A stretch of DNA of 64,000 nt from Gammaproteobacteria bacterium Ga0074134. Lineage in GTDB: Bacteria; Pseudomonadota; Gammaproteobacteria; Ga0077554; Ga007554. The DNA is taken from NCBI GenBank assembly GCA_001464965.1, contig LNEJ01000031.1, positions 44,215 to 108,214 of the forward strand. Direction: 5' to 3'. The notes below the pieces were generated by a model. The model made no database searches, was not told the DNA's origin, and was given only the letters and a program-made list of their open reading frames with translations. Below, piece after piece: positions 19,218 to 28,969 of this stretch; position 1 is the first letter of the stretch, and each line of letters starts with the position of its first letter. The translations under genes and the position numbers were made by a program.

Positions 19218-20273
19218 TTAAAATATGAAGTTAACGCTGGCTACCAACATATTCCAGTTGTTCTTGCCAGTTCCCGCAACTGTCTCGCCAGAAGCTGCTG
19301 GCAGGGCATAGCCACGATTGAAGTGGTCTTCCAGGCGGAAACCGACGTTGTCGCTAAACTTGTAGCCTACGCCAATGGTAGCGGTCTTTTGGTAGTAAGA
19401 AGGATCGTCGCTCTGCGTGCTGTCGGTCGTAACATAGTCGTAGCGGACGAAGGGCGTCCACTTCTCGACAAGGGTATAGCCTGCCTGCGCGTAATAGGTT
19501 TTGCTCTTGATGCCGAAAAACTTCATCGGCGCATACTCGGCCTTGAGGTCGAGATTGTTCGCCTTGTAGTCGGCCGATAATATCCACACTCTCCGGCTAC
19601 CTTCGAGACCGCCCCCCTGCTGCAGCCTGCTGTCATAAGTCGAGGCCATGAAGCGCAGCCCATCCACAGGAGTATTGTAAGTAACGCGCCCGCCAACCAT
19701 GCGCCGCATTTTTTCCTTGGCGGTTCCTGCAAGAACCTCAAGATCAACCACCTGGCCCGTATAACCATCCCAGGAGAAGCTACCCGCTCCGACAGCGTGA
19801 TTATAAGTCAAGCCGAGGCCTCGATAGCCCTCATCGGTCATTCTTGATGCTTCCTGATAGAGGGCCGGAGCCAACGTGGCAAGCTGCAGAAACTTGATGT
19901 CACGAATTTCGTTATACAACCCCACCGGCATCTTTATCTGGCCAGCACGTAGCGCAAGACTGGCGCTCACCTGGCGGTCGATGTAGGCCCAGTCCATGCG
20001 CGTCGTTTCTGCCGTATTGTGCAGGTGCATCCAGACCTTGGTCTTGTCATCAAGCGTTGCGGCAATCACCAGTGCAAGAGCACCGTAACTCCAATCACCC
20101 TTCTTGTCCGCATCGAGATAGGCATTCGCGTTGGTGCGCATATAGGCTTGATGACCATATCCGTAAATCGAAAGCTTGTCGTTTATCTCCACGGCCAGCG
20201 CTGATTGAGCTCCAACAGCCAAGCCAATGCCGCTAATGGCCACAGCTATATACCTTTTGCAAATAGACTGCAT
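19218..20273 (-). CDS. outer-membrane porin (beta-barrel)
   Basis: Signal peptide (QSALA|VE), alternating amphipathic strands rich in Tyr/Gly, and a terminal aromatic signature ...VNFIF. Confidence 0.65.
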   Translation of the reverse strand: MQSICKRYIAVAISGIGLAVGAQSALAVEINDKLSIYGYGHQAYMRTNANAYLDADKKGDWSYGALALVIAATLDDKTKVWMHLHNTAETTRMDWAYIDRQVSASLALRAGQIKMPVGLYNEIRDIKFLQLATLAPALYQEASRMTDEGYRGLGLTYNHAVGAGSFSWDGYTGQVVDLEVLAGTAKEKMRRMVGGRVTYNTPVDGLRFMASTYDSRLQQGGGLEGSRRVWILSADYKANNLDLKAEYAPMKFFGIKSKTYYAQAGYTLVEKWTPFVRYDYVTTDSTQSDDPSYYQKTATIGVGYKFSDNVGFRLEDHFNRGYALPAASGETVAGTGKNNWNMLVASVNFIF

Positions 20274-20289
20274 TTCCTTCTCCTTTCAG

Positions 20290-21882
20290 TTAAAGTTTGA
20301 AACTGCCTACCATTTTGTCCAACTGCTCTGTAGCGCCATCCAGCTTGTCACTTTGCTGCATGGCATGCCGGGTCTGCGCCAAACTGTTTTGTGCGACACT
20401 GGCAAATTGATCGGTTTCGCTGGTGATCTCCTGCACGCCATGCGCGACGTTTTGCGTCGCCATGGCAATTTCACGGATCAATCCACCGACACCATTAATG
20501 CTGCCCAAAATGTTTTCCAGCGCCGACTGGGCACTGGCTGCCCTTTCCTTGCCAATCGACGCCGCCTCTCGCCCGGACGAAATGCAGTTGACCGTGACGC
20601 CGACCTCGCCCTGAATCTTCTCAATCATCTGGTTAATCTCCAGGGTCGCCTTCGAAGTGCGGCCCGCCAGATTGCGCACCTCATCGGCCACCACCGCAAA
20701 GCCACGCCCCTGCTCGCCGGCACGCGCCGCCTCAATGGCGGCGTTCAGCGCCAGCAAATTTGTCTGATCCGCGATATCACGAATAACGCGGATCACCTCA
20801 CCGATATGGGCGGAACTCTCGCCCAGCGCTTTCACCATGTTGGCGGCCTCGTTTACGGAGTCCGACACCTTGTGCATACTGTCGATGGTGCCCTGAATGA
20901 CCAGCCCACCCTCTTTTGCGGCCTGATATGTTGCCGTGGCGGAATCCGCCGCGTTGGCGCTGCTTCTATCCATCTCAGTAACTGTCGCGGATACTTCCTC
21001 CATGGCGCGGGCGATACGCGTCACCTGATCGGCCTGCATCTGCCCTCCCTGAGACAAGCCGGAGGTCACTGACGCAAGCTCTGCCGAGGAATGCCGCACA
21101 TCTTTCGAGATCGTTGCCACGCGCGACATCACGCCATGCAGATTGCCGATGAACTTGTTGATTAAGCTTGCAAGCTGACCTAACTCATCGGTGCTCGCTA
21201 TGTTCACCTTTTTGGTGAGGTCGGCGTCACTACTGGCGATATCCTCGACGCGGCTTAGAATTTCTTTCAGGCTGGTAGTGATGGAAACGATGACAAAAAA
21301 GGAGATCACCCCCAAGCCAAGGATGATCACCACCGCGACAGCGATACTGGCCATTAACCCACGCATCACATTGCTTTCTATTCCGGCCAATCCCGCTTCA
21401 AACTCCTTGGTTGCACGTTCCTTGGATGAGTTGAGCGTGGTGTTCAAGATCTCCAGAGCCGGCTGCATCCTGCCTGCGGATGCGCCAATATCGCCGCTTT
21501 TCACGCCCAGCATGATGGAGGCGGCGTCACTGGCAGCTTGGTAATATTCGTCAAATTCCTTGCCGATTTTCCCCGCGCCTTCCTTTCTGCCAGGAATCTT
21601 GGCCAGTTCTTCAAGGCTCTTCCTGAAATTGGCCGCCTTCTCCGCTGCCAGTTCCAGGCCTTTCTTGTCATTGGCCGTCACAGCGTTTTTCAGGTTTTCC
21701 TGGATACCCTTGAAATCGGCCATGAGCTGCTGCGTATTCTCCAGTAACGGATAATCGACATTGCGGACTCTATCCAGCAACGTAGAAGTCGACGAAGAAA
21801 ACGCGTAATTGACCGCAATGCCAACCACAAAGATCAGCACGGCGACAACTGGCAACGACCATATCTTTTGTTTGATGTTCAT
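20290..21882 (-). CDS. methyl-accepting chemotaxis protein
   Basis: TM, periplasmic helical domain, TM, HAMP, then the highly conserved signalling hairpin ([37 protein letters not shown]). The start was moved to the ATG at 21882 (MNIKQKIW). Confidence 0.9.
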   Translation of the reverse strand: MNIKQKIWSLPVVAVLIFVVGIAVNYAFSSSTSTLLDRVRNVDYPLLENTQQLMADFKGIQENLKNAVTANDKKGLELAAEKAANFRKSLEELAKIPGRKEGAGKIGKEFDEYYQAASDAASIMLGVKSGDIGASAGRMQPALEILNTTLNSSKERATKEFEAGLAGIESNVMRGLMASIAVAVVIILGLGVISFFVIVSITTSLKEILSRVEDIASSDADLTKKVNIASTDELGQLASLINKFIGNLHGVMSRVATISKDVRHSSAELASVTSGLSQGGQMQADQVTRIARAMEEVSATVTEMDRSSANAADSATATYQAAKEGGLVIQGTIDSMHKVSDSVNEAANMVKALGESSAHIGEVIRVIRDIADQTNLLALNAAIEAARAGEQGRGFAVVADEVRNLAGRTSKATLEINQMIEKIQGEVGVTVNCISSGREAASIGKERAASAQSALENILGSINGVGGLIREIAMATQNVAHGVQEITSETDQFASVAQNSLAQTRHAMQQSDKLDGATEQLDKMVGSFKL

Positions 21883-22168
21883 TTCGCACCCGTCCTTATC
21901 CACTATGTGCTGGCCATTAGTTGCTATTCTCTGGGCCTTACGTTGCCTATAGCGATCGGCTTCCAAAAAACATTAGCGCTTTATCAAAAAACGCTCGGGA
22001 AACCGGCAAAGATAAGGTTTAAGGAAGGTAAACAGAAGGACGGAAGGGTGGTAAAAATGAAGAAGCCGCCATCGTTGACAGACAGCTCTGTTGGGGGTTG
22101 GCTATGAGGTGGTGTGGGGGGGTAGGGTGATGTGCCTTACTTGTGTCTGTATGGACAAATCAGGCCAT

Positions 22169-22468
22169 CTAAAAATCATCCTCGATCATCGCCTTGAGTG
22201 CTGCAAGCCGGTTGCGTTCCTGTGGTGTCAGGTATTTCATCTGATAGAGTTCGACCGCGCCTGGCGTGGCGAGGATTTTGCCGAATTGTTGTATCCAGGC
22301 ATCCAGTTGTTCATCCCGGTAATGGTAGTCCCCAAAGGGGAAGGGCGCCCAACCCTCGCCATCGCGCCCGGCAAACTCTTCGGGAGTCATCTCGATAGGG
22401 AAGATTTCCCTGGCGCGCTCTTCCAGTTCAAGCGGGGCCAGGGGGCGCTGCATCTTGTTTTCGGGCAT
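22169..22468 (-). CDS. hypothetical protein
   Basis: 99-aa ORF from the ATG at 22468 (MPENKMQRPL...). No family recognised. Coding call rests on ORF length and codon usage only. Confidence 0.45.
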   Translation of the reverse strand: MPENKMQRPLAPLELEERAREIFPIEMTPEEFAGRDGEGWAPFPFGDYHYRDEQLDAWIQQFGKILATPGAVELYQMKYLTPQERNRLAALKAMIEDDF

Positions 22469-22635
22469 GGTGCTGGTCTTTGGTGTGTTGGTTGATATAG
22501 ACAAGTAAAGCGTAACATAACCCAGGCGATGAAATTGCCGCTTCCCTTTTTTTGTGATTCGCGTAAAATACCCGGTTTTATTCCGCCTGCACATTGCGCG
22601 GGTTCTTCAGGTTTGATTCAAAGGAAGCAGACACA

Positions 22636-22878
22636 ATGGTAACCATTCGTTTGGCACGCGGCGGCGCGAAAAAACGCCCTTTTTACCACATCGTCGTGAC
22701 CGATTCGCGCAACCCGCGTGATGGCCGCTATATCGAGCGCGTTGGGTTTTTCAACCCCGTTGCGACCGGCGGCGAAGTGCGGTTGAACGTGGATAATGAG
22801 CGGTTGAATTACTGGGTATCTAAGGGCGCTCAGCCCTCCGAGCGCGTTGCTTCGCTGGTCAAGCAGCAGGCCGCCTGA
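22636..22878 (+). CDS. rpsP: 30S ribosomal protein S16
   Basis: [21 protein letters not shown]... is the canonical S16 N-terminus. First gene of rpsP-rimM-trmD-rplS. Confidence 0.95.
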   Translation: MVTIRLARGGAKKRPFYHIVVTDSRNPRDGRYIERVGFFNPVATGGEVRLNVDNERLNYWVSKGAQPSERVASLVKQQAA

Positions 22879-22936
22879 TAAGGCCGGGTCAGCGGGAGGT
22901 GTGTGCGCTCGTTCACCGCCATCGGCGCATTCATAG

Positions 22937-23464
22937 ATGAGTACCCTGAAGGGCGTAAGCGACAATCCCTCTGATTTGGTTGTGGTTGGGCGGATTTCCG
23001 GGGTTTTCGGGGTGCGCGGTTGGGTCAAGGTGTATTCCTACACTCATCCGCTGGAAAATATTTTGGCCTACAACCCCTGGCAGGTAAGCCTGGGGGAAGA
23101 ATGGAAAACCACGTTCTTGCTGGGCGGGCGCCCTCATGGCAAGGGTATCGTCGCGCAGCTTGAGGGTTTCAGCAATCCCGAATCCGCCAGAGTTCTGCTG
23201 GGTGCGGATATCGCGGTGCATCGGGATCAGCTGCCGTCGCCGCGCTCCGGGCAGTATTACTGGAGGGATTTGGTGGGCCTGGCTGTCGAGACGCTCGACG
23301 GTGCCGCGCTGGGTACGGTGGATCATCTGCTGGAAACCGGCGCGAATGACGTGCTGGTGGTCATGGGTGAGCGGGAACGTTTGATCCCCTATATCGACCA
23401 GGTGGTGGTTGACGTCGATTTGCATGAGAAGCGCATGCGTGTCGATTGGGATCCTGAGTTTTAG
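22937..23464 (+). CDS. rimM: ribosome maturation factor RimM
   Basis: GRISGVFGVRGWVKV and a PRC-barrel C-terminus. Conserved operon position. Confidence 0.9.
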   Translation: MSTLKGVSDNPSDLVVVGRISGVFGVRGWVKVYSYTHPLENILAYNPWQVSLGEEWKTTFLLGGRPHGKGIVAQLEGFSNPESARVLLGADIAVHRDQLPSPRSGQYYWRDLVGLAVETLDGAALGTVDHLLETGANDVLVVMGERERLIPYIDQVVVDVDLHEKRMRVDWDPEF

Positions 23465-23467
23465 CGG

Positions 23468-24211
23468 ATGCGAGTCGATGTTGTCACCTTGTTTCCGCCC
23501 ATGTTCGAGGGTTTCACACAGCAGGGTGTGACGGGCAGGGCAGTGCAGCGGGGCTTGTTGCGGCTAGGATTGTGGAATCCGCGCGATTACACGCATGACC
23601 GCCACCGGACAGTCGATGCCCGCTCTTATGGCGGCGGTCCCGGCATGGTGATGATGGTGCAGCCATTGCGTGATGCAATCCGCGCGGCGCGCGCTGCCGA
23701 GGCGGAGCCGGTGCGGGTGATTTACCTCTCGCCGCAGGGGCGGCGCCTGGACCAGGCCGGTGTGCATGAGCTGGCCGCGCGATCCCGGCTGGTGCTGGTG
23801 GCGGGCCGCTACGAAGGGATAGACGAGCGGGTGCTGCAAACCGAGATCGACGAGGAATGGTCGATTGGCGACTACGTGCTCAGCGGCGGCGAATTGGCGT
23901 CGATGGTGATTATCGATGCCGTGACGCGGTTGCTGCCTGGCGTGTTAGGGCATGAAGATTCCGCGCAGCAGGATTCGTTTGCCGAAGGACTGCTGGATTA
24001 TCCGCACTATACCCGGCCTGAAGAGGTTGACGGGATGCGGGTACCCGAGGTGCTGATAAGCGGTGATCATAAGGCGATCCACCGCTGGCGGTGCAAGCAG
24101 GCGCTGGGGCGGACATGGCTAAGGCGGCCGGACATGCTGGAGGTTTTGGCGCTGGATGCAGAGCAGCGTGAATTGCTGGGTGAATTCCAGAGAGAATACA
24201 AGAAGTTGTAG
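23468..24211 (+). CDS. trmD: tRNA (guanine37-N1)-methyltransferase
   Basis: [17 protein letters not shown] and [11 protein letters not shown] motifs. Confidence 0.95.
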   Translation: MRVDVVTLFPPMFEGFTQQGVTGRAVQRGLLRLGLWNPRDYTHDRHRTVDARSYGGGPGMVMMVQPLRDAIRAARAAEAEPVRVIYLSPQGRRLDQAGVHELAARSRLVLVAGRYEGIDERVLQTEIDEEWSIGDYVLSGGELASMVIIDAVTRLLPGVLGHEDSAQQDSFAEGLLDYPHYTRPEEVDGMRVPEVLISGDHKAIHRWRCKQALGRTWLRRPDMLEVLALDAEQRELLGEFQREYKKL

Positions 24212-24273
24212 GCCAGGCGCGTAACCGGCTTGATTCAATGATGCTAAGATTTAACTGATTGGAGCGACAAACT

Positions 24274-24615
24274 ATGAACATTATTCAACAAATCGAAGCC
24301 GAACAGATGACCCGTGAGTTGCCTGCTTTTGGCCCAGGCGATACGGTGACGGTGCAGGTGAAGGTTAAGGAAGGTAATCGTGAGCGTTTGCAGGCCTTTG
24401 AGGGCGTGGTTATCGCCAAGAGCAGCCGCGGCTTGAATTCGTCCTTTACCGTGCGCAAGGTTTCCCATGGTGAAGGCGTGGAACGTGTTTTTCAGACGCA
24501 CAGCCCAGGCATCGAGTCTGTTTCGGTGAAGCGCCGTGGCGACGTGCGCCGCGCCAAGCTTTACTACCTGCGTGATCTGAAAGGCAAGGCCGCGCGCATC
24601 AAGGAAAAGCTGTAA
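24274..24615 (+). CDS. rplS: 50S ribosomal protein L19
   Basis: [12 protein letters not shown]...[30 protein letters not shown]. The start was moved to the ATG at 24274. Confidence 0.95.
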   Translation: MNIIQQIEAEQMTRELPAFGPGDTVTVQVKVKEGNRERLQAFEGVVIAKSSRGLNSSFTVRKVSHGEGVERVFQTHSPGIESVSVKRRGDVRRAKLYYLRDLKGKAARIKEKL

Positions 24616-24625
24616 TATTGAATTT

Positions 24626-24656
24626 CTTCATCCCTCTTTGATGAAGAGGGATGAAG
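24626..24656 (+). terminator. hairpin after rplS (no T-run)
   Basis: CTTCATCCCTCTT (24626-24638) pairs with AAGAGGGATGAAG (24644-24656). Confidence 0.35.
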
Positions 24657-24862
24657 CAAATGCCGGTGGGGAGGAGGGTAGCCCCCTTATCCTGTCGACA
24701 GATGCCTTTCCAGTAATCAATTCCAAGCGGGGGTGGGCGCGCGTGATGAGGGACGGACGTTGCAACAAGCATCGCCGGTTTTTCTTCACGCGTGCCATCT
24801 TCCGCTTTGTTTTTTCATTCTCCTGCTTTTCCTCCCCCATCTTTCAGATAAATAAATCCCGC

Positions 24863-25978
24863 GTGGCTTCTGTTCTGGCCCTTTGGCTGATGCTGTTTGC
24901 CGTACCCGTGGCGCATGCCGGTCAATTTGAAGAATTAACCGCATTGGCTGGGCAAGGTGCTGCTGGTCTTGCGCTACGTCTGATAGATGCGCATCAGCCT
25001 GCGGTCTCACAAAGCCCCGCTGATTGGGCGCAATGGGAGCGGGCACGGCTAGCCATCTATCAGCAGCAGGGGGATTGGGCGGCGCTAGCACAACGGGTGA
25101 GTGCCTTGCCGCAAGATATGCCGCAAGAGTTTGCCCGGTGGGCGCTTATACAAGGCGCAGCGGCGCATCTTGAGCTGGGACAGGGCGCGTCGGCGCGCGA
25201 GTTGCTGCTGCGCTTGCTGTGGATGCCCGGTGCAGGCGTGGAAAGCCAACTGTTCGCACAATGGCGCGTGATGGTGATTCGCAGCTATATCATGGAGGGT
25301 CTGAAGGAGGATGCGTATGCCGCGATGCTGCGCTATCAGCAGGATTATGGCGATGCGGATGTGCCAACTCAGTTGCTGCACGCACAGGTGATGCTGATCT
25401 CGGGGCGTGTCGCCGAGGCCATTCAATCGTTGTCGGCTGCGACAGGGCCGGAGGCTTCCACGCTGCGCCTGCTGGCGCGTTTGCGCAATGGCGATAACCC
25501 GGAAGGCATCGTGCGCGAGACGGCGGCTGCGCTGGCTGATGACAGGCTGGCCGTGCCCATCAAGGCCAGGCTATGGGCCACACAGGCCGAGGCGGCGGGG
25601 CGCAGCGGTGATTGTGCCCGCCAGATGCGCGCGATGGAGCAGGTGGTGCTTTTGGATCAAGGCGCGCTGGCGAGAGATGGCCTGTTCACCATCACCGTTG
25701 ATACGCTATGGGATGGCTATCGGAGTTGTGCGCGCGCGGTGGGTAATCGCGAGCAATTGTTGATAGGTGATTTTGAGCCGTGGTATGCGGCGGCGCTGTA
25801 TCTGATGGCTACGCAGCCAGCCGAGGCGCGCGTGGTTTTTGCGATGCTGGCGCAGGAGGGCGATACGCTGGAGATGCGCCTGCGGGCGCATCAGCAATTT
25901 ATCAAGCTGCTGACCAAAGACAAGCAGGGCGAGGAGCTGGTGCGCCGGTTATACCGTGATCCGGGGCGTTTTTCCTAG
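24863..25978 (+). CDS. hypothetical secreted helical-repeat protein (start uncertain)
   Basis: The long ORF 24638..25978 has an implausible N-terminus. A GTG at 24863 gives a clean signal peptide (MASVLALWLMLFAVPVAHA|GQ). The rest is Ala/Leu-rich and helical. An alternative start is the ATG at 24746. Confidence 0.5.
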   Translation: MASVLALWLMLFAVPVAHAGQFEELTALAGQGAAGLALRLIDAHQPAVSQSPADWAQWERARLAIYQQQGDWAALAQRVSALPQDMPQEFARWALIQGAAAHLELGQGASARELLLRLLWMPGAGVESQLFAQWRVMVIRSYIMEGLKEDAYAAMLRYQQDYGDADVPTQLLHAQVMLISGRVAEAIQSLSAATGPEASTLRLLARLRNGDNPEGIVRETAAALADDRLAVPIKARLWATQAEAAGRSGDCARQMRAMEQVVLLDQGALARDGLFTITVDTLWDGYRSCARAVGNREQLLIGDFEPWYAAALYLMATQPAEARVVFAMLAQEGDTLEMRLRAHQQFIKLLTKDKQGEELVRRLYRDPGRFS

Positions 25979-25980
25979 TA

Positions 25981-26466
25981 GTGCTTGATATGGAATCGCT
26001 CTATGACGCCATTCTGACCGCGCCTTTCCCTCAGGCAAAACTTGGTATTCGCATTAATCATGACGCGCTTTGCGCCATTGATTTCCTTGATCCCAATAGA
26101 GATGACCTGCTGCCAACCAACCTCGTTGCCAGGGAAGTCGCGCGGCAGTTGATGGCGTATTTCGCCAATCCTGCCCATGTTTTTTCGTTGCCGCAGGCCA
26201 CGCTCGGGACGCCATTTCAACGCCGCGTATGGCAGGCGTTGTGCGAGGTGCCATCCGGCGCGCCGTGCCGCTATGGTGATTTGGCGCGGCGGCTTGGCAG
26301 TGGCCCGCGCGCGGTGGGCGGGGCGTGCCGGGTCAACCCGATCCCTATTGTGGTGCCGTGTCATCGTGTCGTCAGTGCAAGCGGGTTGGGAGGGTACTCC
26401 GGCGCGGTTTCAGGTGAGGAGCTGGATATCAAGCGCTGGCTGTTGGATCATGAAAGCCGATTGTGA
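25981..26466 (+). CDS. ogt: methylated-DNA-protein-cysteine methyltransferase
   Basis: Active-site string IPIVVPCHRVV and upstream helix-turn-wing residues. The start could instead be the ATG at 25990. Confidence 0.85.
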   Translation: MLDMESLYDAILTAPFPQAKLGIRINHDALCAIDFLDPNRDDLLPTNLVAREVARQLMAYFANPAHVFSLPQATLGTPFQRRVWQALCEVPSGAPCRYGDLARRLGSGPRAVGGACRVNPIPIVVPCHRVVSASGLGGYSGAVSGEELDIKRWLLDHESRL

Positions 26467-27346
26467 TACGGACCTTGCCGCCATCGAGGCGTTTCTCGAT
26501 GCGATCTGGATGGAGCGCGGTTTAAGCGCCAATACCTTGGCGGCTTATCGCGCTGATCTTTCCGGTTTTGCGGCATGGCTGGCGGCACAGGGCAAGACGC
26601 TCATTTGCGCGGGGCCGGAGGATTTATCCGCTTATATGGCGACGCGCAAACATGTCCGTTCCATGGCGCGCTTGTTGTCCTGCCTGCGGCGATTTTATCA
26701 GCATCTGGTGCGGGAGGGGCGTTTGGATGCCGATCCCAGCGCGCGTATCGATGCGCCCAAGCTGGGGCGCCCCTTGCCCAAGTCGTTGACCGAGACAGAG
26801 GTGGAGGCATTGCTCGATGCGCCTGCGGTGGAGGATGTGCTGGGCTTGCGCGACCGCGCCATGCTGGAGTTGCTCTATGCCAGCGGCCTGCGTGTTTCAG
26901 AGCTGGTAAGTGCGGGTGTTGCGCAGGTGAATCTAAATCAGGGCGTGGTGCGTATCACAGGCAAGGGTGGAAAGGAGCGTCTTGTTCCTATCGGTGAGGA
27001 ATCGTTGTCATGGCTGGAGCGTTATCTGCGCGAGGGGCGGCCTGAGCTGCTGAAAGGGAAGCTCTGCGCCGCTTTGTTTGTAACGCAGCGCGGCGCGGCG
27101 ATGACGCGTCAGGCGTTCTGGTATCTGGTCAAGCGCTACGCGCAACAGGCTGGCATCGCTGCCGCCAGGATTTCCCCGCATACGCTGCGTCATTCCTTCG
27201 CCACCCATCTGCTGAATCATGGCGCCGATTTGCGCGTTTTGCAGATGCTGCTCGGGCACAGTGACTTATCCACCACGCAAATTTATACTCATGTCGCAAA
27301 AGAGCGGTTGAAAAGCCTGCATGCCAGGCATCATCCGCGTGGTTGA
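26450..27346 (+). CDS. xerD: site-specific tyrosine recombinase XerD
   Basis: IEAFLDAIWMERGLSANTLAAYRADL, HTLRHSFATHLL and LLGHSDLSTTQIYTHV. The start was moved to the ATG at 26450. The upstream extension to 26177 overlaps ogt and is rejected. Confidence 0.92.
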   Translation: MKADCDTDLAAIEAFLDAIWMERGLSANTLAAYRADLSGFAAWLAAQGKTLICAGPEDLSAYMATRKHVRSMARLLSCLRRFYQHLVREGRLDADPSARIDAPKLGRPLPKSLTETEVEALLDAPAVEDVLGLRDRAMLELLYASGLRVSELVSAGVAQVNLNQGVVRITGKGGKERLVPIGEESLSWLERYLREGRPELLKGKLCAALFVTQRGAAMTRQAFWYLVKRYAQQAGIAAARISPHTLRHSFATHLLNHGADLRVLQMLLGHSDLSTTQIYTHVAKERLKSLHARHHPRG

Positions 27347-27387
27347 ACCTAAAAACCTCAGTAGACTTCAACTGAGGTTTTTAGGTT
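27346..27387. terminator. 17-bp perfect hairpin after xerD, built from an inverted pair of the recurring GAGGTTTTTAGGT motif
   Basis: AACCTAAAAACCTCAGT (27346-27362) pairs with ACTGAGGTTTTTAGGTT (27371-27387). Confidence 0.55.
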
Positions 27388-27424
27388 GCATGGAACTGTT
27401 ATTCGTTGGAGGTTTCAAAGATAT

Positions 27425-27907
27425 ATGCCGTCCTTTGATGTGGTGTCAGAAGTGAACATGCCGGAAGTGCGCAACGCGGTGGATCAGGCCAACCGTGAGA
27501 TTTCCACGCGTTTTGATTTCAAGGGGTCGGGTGCGCACGTTGAGCAGGCCGAGGCGGTGGTCACCCTCCATGCCAGCAGCGAATTCCAGATTGATCAGAT
27601 GCTGGATATCCTGTTAGGTAAGTTTGCAAAGCGTGGCGTGGATATTGCCTGTCTGGATATGGGTAAAGTGGAGGCTGCCGGCAATAAGGCGCGTCAACAG
27701 CTCACTGTGCGTCAGGGGATCGATGCCGAACAGGCTAGGAAGATTGTGAAGCTCATCAAGGACAGCAAGGCCAAGGTGCAGGCGGCCATCCAGGGCGAAC
27801 AGGTACGCGTCACCGGCAAGAAGCGCGATGATCTGCAAGAGGTTATTGCGCTGTTGCGCCAGTCCAAACTTGATCTGCCCGTGCAGTTCACCAATTTCCG
27901 TGATTAA
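27425..27907 (+). CDS. yajQ: YajQ family nucleotide (c-di-GMP)-binding protein
   Basis: [34 protein letters not shown] is the canonical YajQ N-terminus. Confidence 0.9.
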   Translation: MPSFDVVSEVNMPEVRNAVDQANREISTRFDFKGSGAHVEQAEAVVTLHASSEFQIDQMLDILLGKFAKRGVDIACLDMGKVEAAGNKARQQLTVRQGIDAEQARKIVKLIKDSKAKVQAAIQGEQVRVTGKKRDDLQEVIALLRQSKLDLPVQFTNFRD

Positions 27908-28172
27908 GAGCCTATCCATGAATAAATCATCCCTGCGACGGAGGCCGGTTTTGCGCAGGGCAAGGAAGGCTGGGTGTAGTGTGCTTGTTGCACATGAGCG
28001 AAGCGTGACGCCGCACTGCGCAAAACCGGCCCCGTCCCTCCGGGTTGCGCCCCAAAACACGCCATGCGGCGTTGCTCGCCGCTCATTTGGAACAACCAAA
28101 CATCGCGTCTCGCGTCTTGCCTGGCGTGTTTTGGGGCAGCAACGCAGGGATGATTTATTCACGGATAGGCTC
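27908..28172. repeat. composite nested palindrome, element B2 (two core units in opposite orientation inside a 30-bp outer stem)
   Basis: Outer arms GAGCCTATCCATGAATAAATCATCCCTGCG (27908-27937) / CGCAGGGATGATTTATTCACGGATAGGCTC (28143-28172), one mismatch. Inner hairpins at 27943-28031 and 28044-28142. Confidence 0.75.
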
Positions 28173-28184
28173 TAAGGCGACAAG

Positions 28185-28919
28185 ATGATTAGACAAGTGT
28201 TTTTGATGATGCTGCTTGCAGTATCCGGCGCCCAGATGGCGATGGCGGATGATGCCGAGGTGGCTGAAATCAACAAGGCATTGCAGGTGTTGGCGCCGGG
28301 CGTCAAGCCAGACAGCATCACGCCTTCGTCGATGCCAGGGATCTACGAGGTGACGCTTGGCGCGGAGGTGGTGTACATATCGAAAAATGGGCGCTACATG
28401 CTGCAAGGCGATATGGTGGATCTGCAGACCAAGAAAAATCTGACGGAAGGAAAACGTGCCGCAGGGCGCCTCAAGCTGGTTAACTCCATGCGCGAAGACA
28501 GGATGATTGTGTTCGCGCCGACAAAGGTGAAACACACGATTACGGTTTTCACGGATGTCGACTGCGCCTACTGCCGGAAAATGCACGCGGAGATATCCGA
28601 GCTGAATCAGCTTGGCATCAAGGTGCGCTACATGCTGTATCCGCGAGCCGGGGTAAACTCTGAATCTTATGAGAAGGCGGTATCCGTATGGTGCGCGAAG
28701 GATCGCAAGACAGCACTGACTACAGCAAAGGCGACCGGCACGATTGCGAAGAAGACCTGTGAAAATCCGGTACGGGAGCATATGGCCCTGGCCGACAGTG
28801 CGGGGGTGAGTGGCACGCCTACGCTGGTGCTGGAAGACGGCAGGACGTTGCCGGGCTATGTTCCGGCGCAGCGTTTGGCCAGATTGCTGGATGCTGCTGG
28901 TGCGAATAAAGCGAATTAA
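28185..28919 (+). CDS. dsbC: thiol:disulfide interchange protein DsbC
   Basis: Signal peptide, N-terminal dimerisation domain, thioredoxin fold with FTDVDCAYCRKMH (CxxC) and GVSGTPTLV. Confidence 0.88.
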   Translation: MIRQVFLMMLLAVSGAQMAMADDAEVAEINKALQVLAPGVKPDSITPSSMPGIYEVTLGAEVVYISKNGRYMLQGDMVDLQTKKNLTEGKRAAGRLKLVNSMREDRMIVFAPTKVKHTITVFTDVDCAYCRKMHAEISELNQLGIKVRYMLYPRAGVNSESYEKAVSVWCAKDRKTALTTAKATGTIAKKTCENPVREHMALADSAGVSGTPTLVLEDGRTLPGYVPAQRLARLLDAAGANKAN

Positions 28920-28936
28920 ATCTGGGCGAGGTGGAA

Positions 28937-28954
28937 GATGCTTTACAAAGCATC
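28937..28954. promoter_or_regulatory. 18-bp palindrome just upstream of the candidate sRNA
   Basis: GATGCTTT-AC-AAAGCATC with perfect 8-bp arms. A TATACA -10-like hexamer lies at 28969-28974. Confidence 0.35.
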
Positions 28955-28969
28955 AAGGCGTGGAGCACT

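Noticed and set aside
21985-22060. GGA/AAGGA-rich stretch (GATAAGGTTTAAGGAAGGTAAACAGAAGGACGGAAGGGTGG) upstream of the MCP gene, considered as a second Rsm-type sRNA.
   Set aside because: No terminator or promoter-like elements bracket it, the motifs are not in obvious hairpin loops, and the stretch is purine-rich overall. The evidence is insufficient.
26177-26449. The upstream 91-codon extension of the xerD ORF.
   Set aside because: It overlaps ogt in another frame and is Arg/Ala-rich nonsense. The canonical XerD N-terminus begins at the ATG at 26450.
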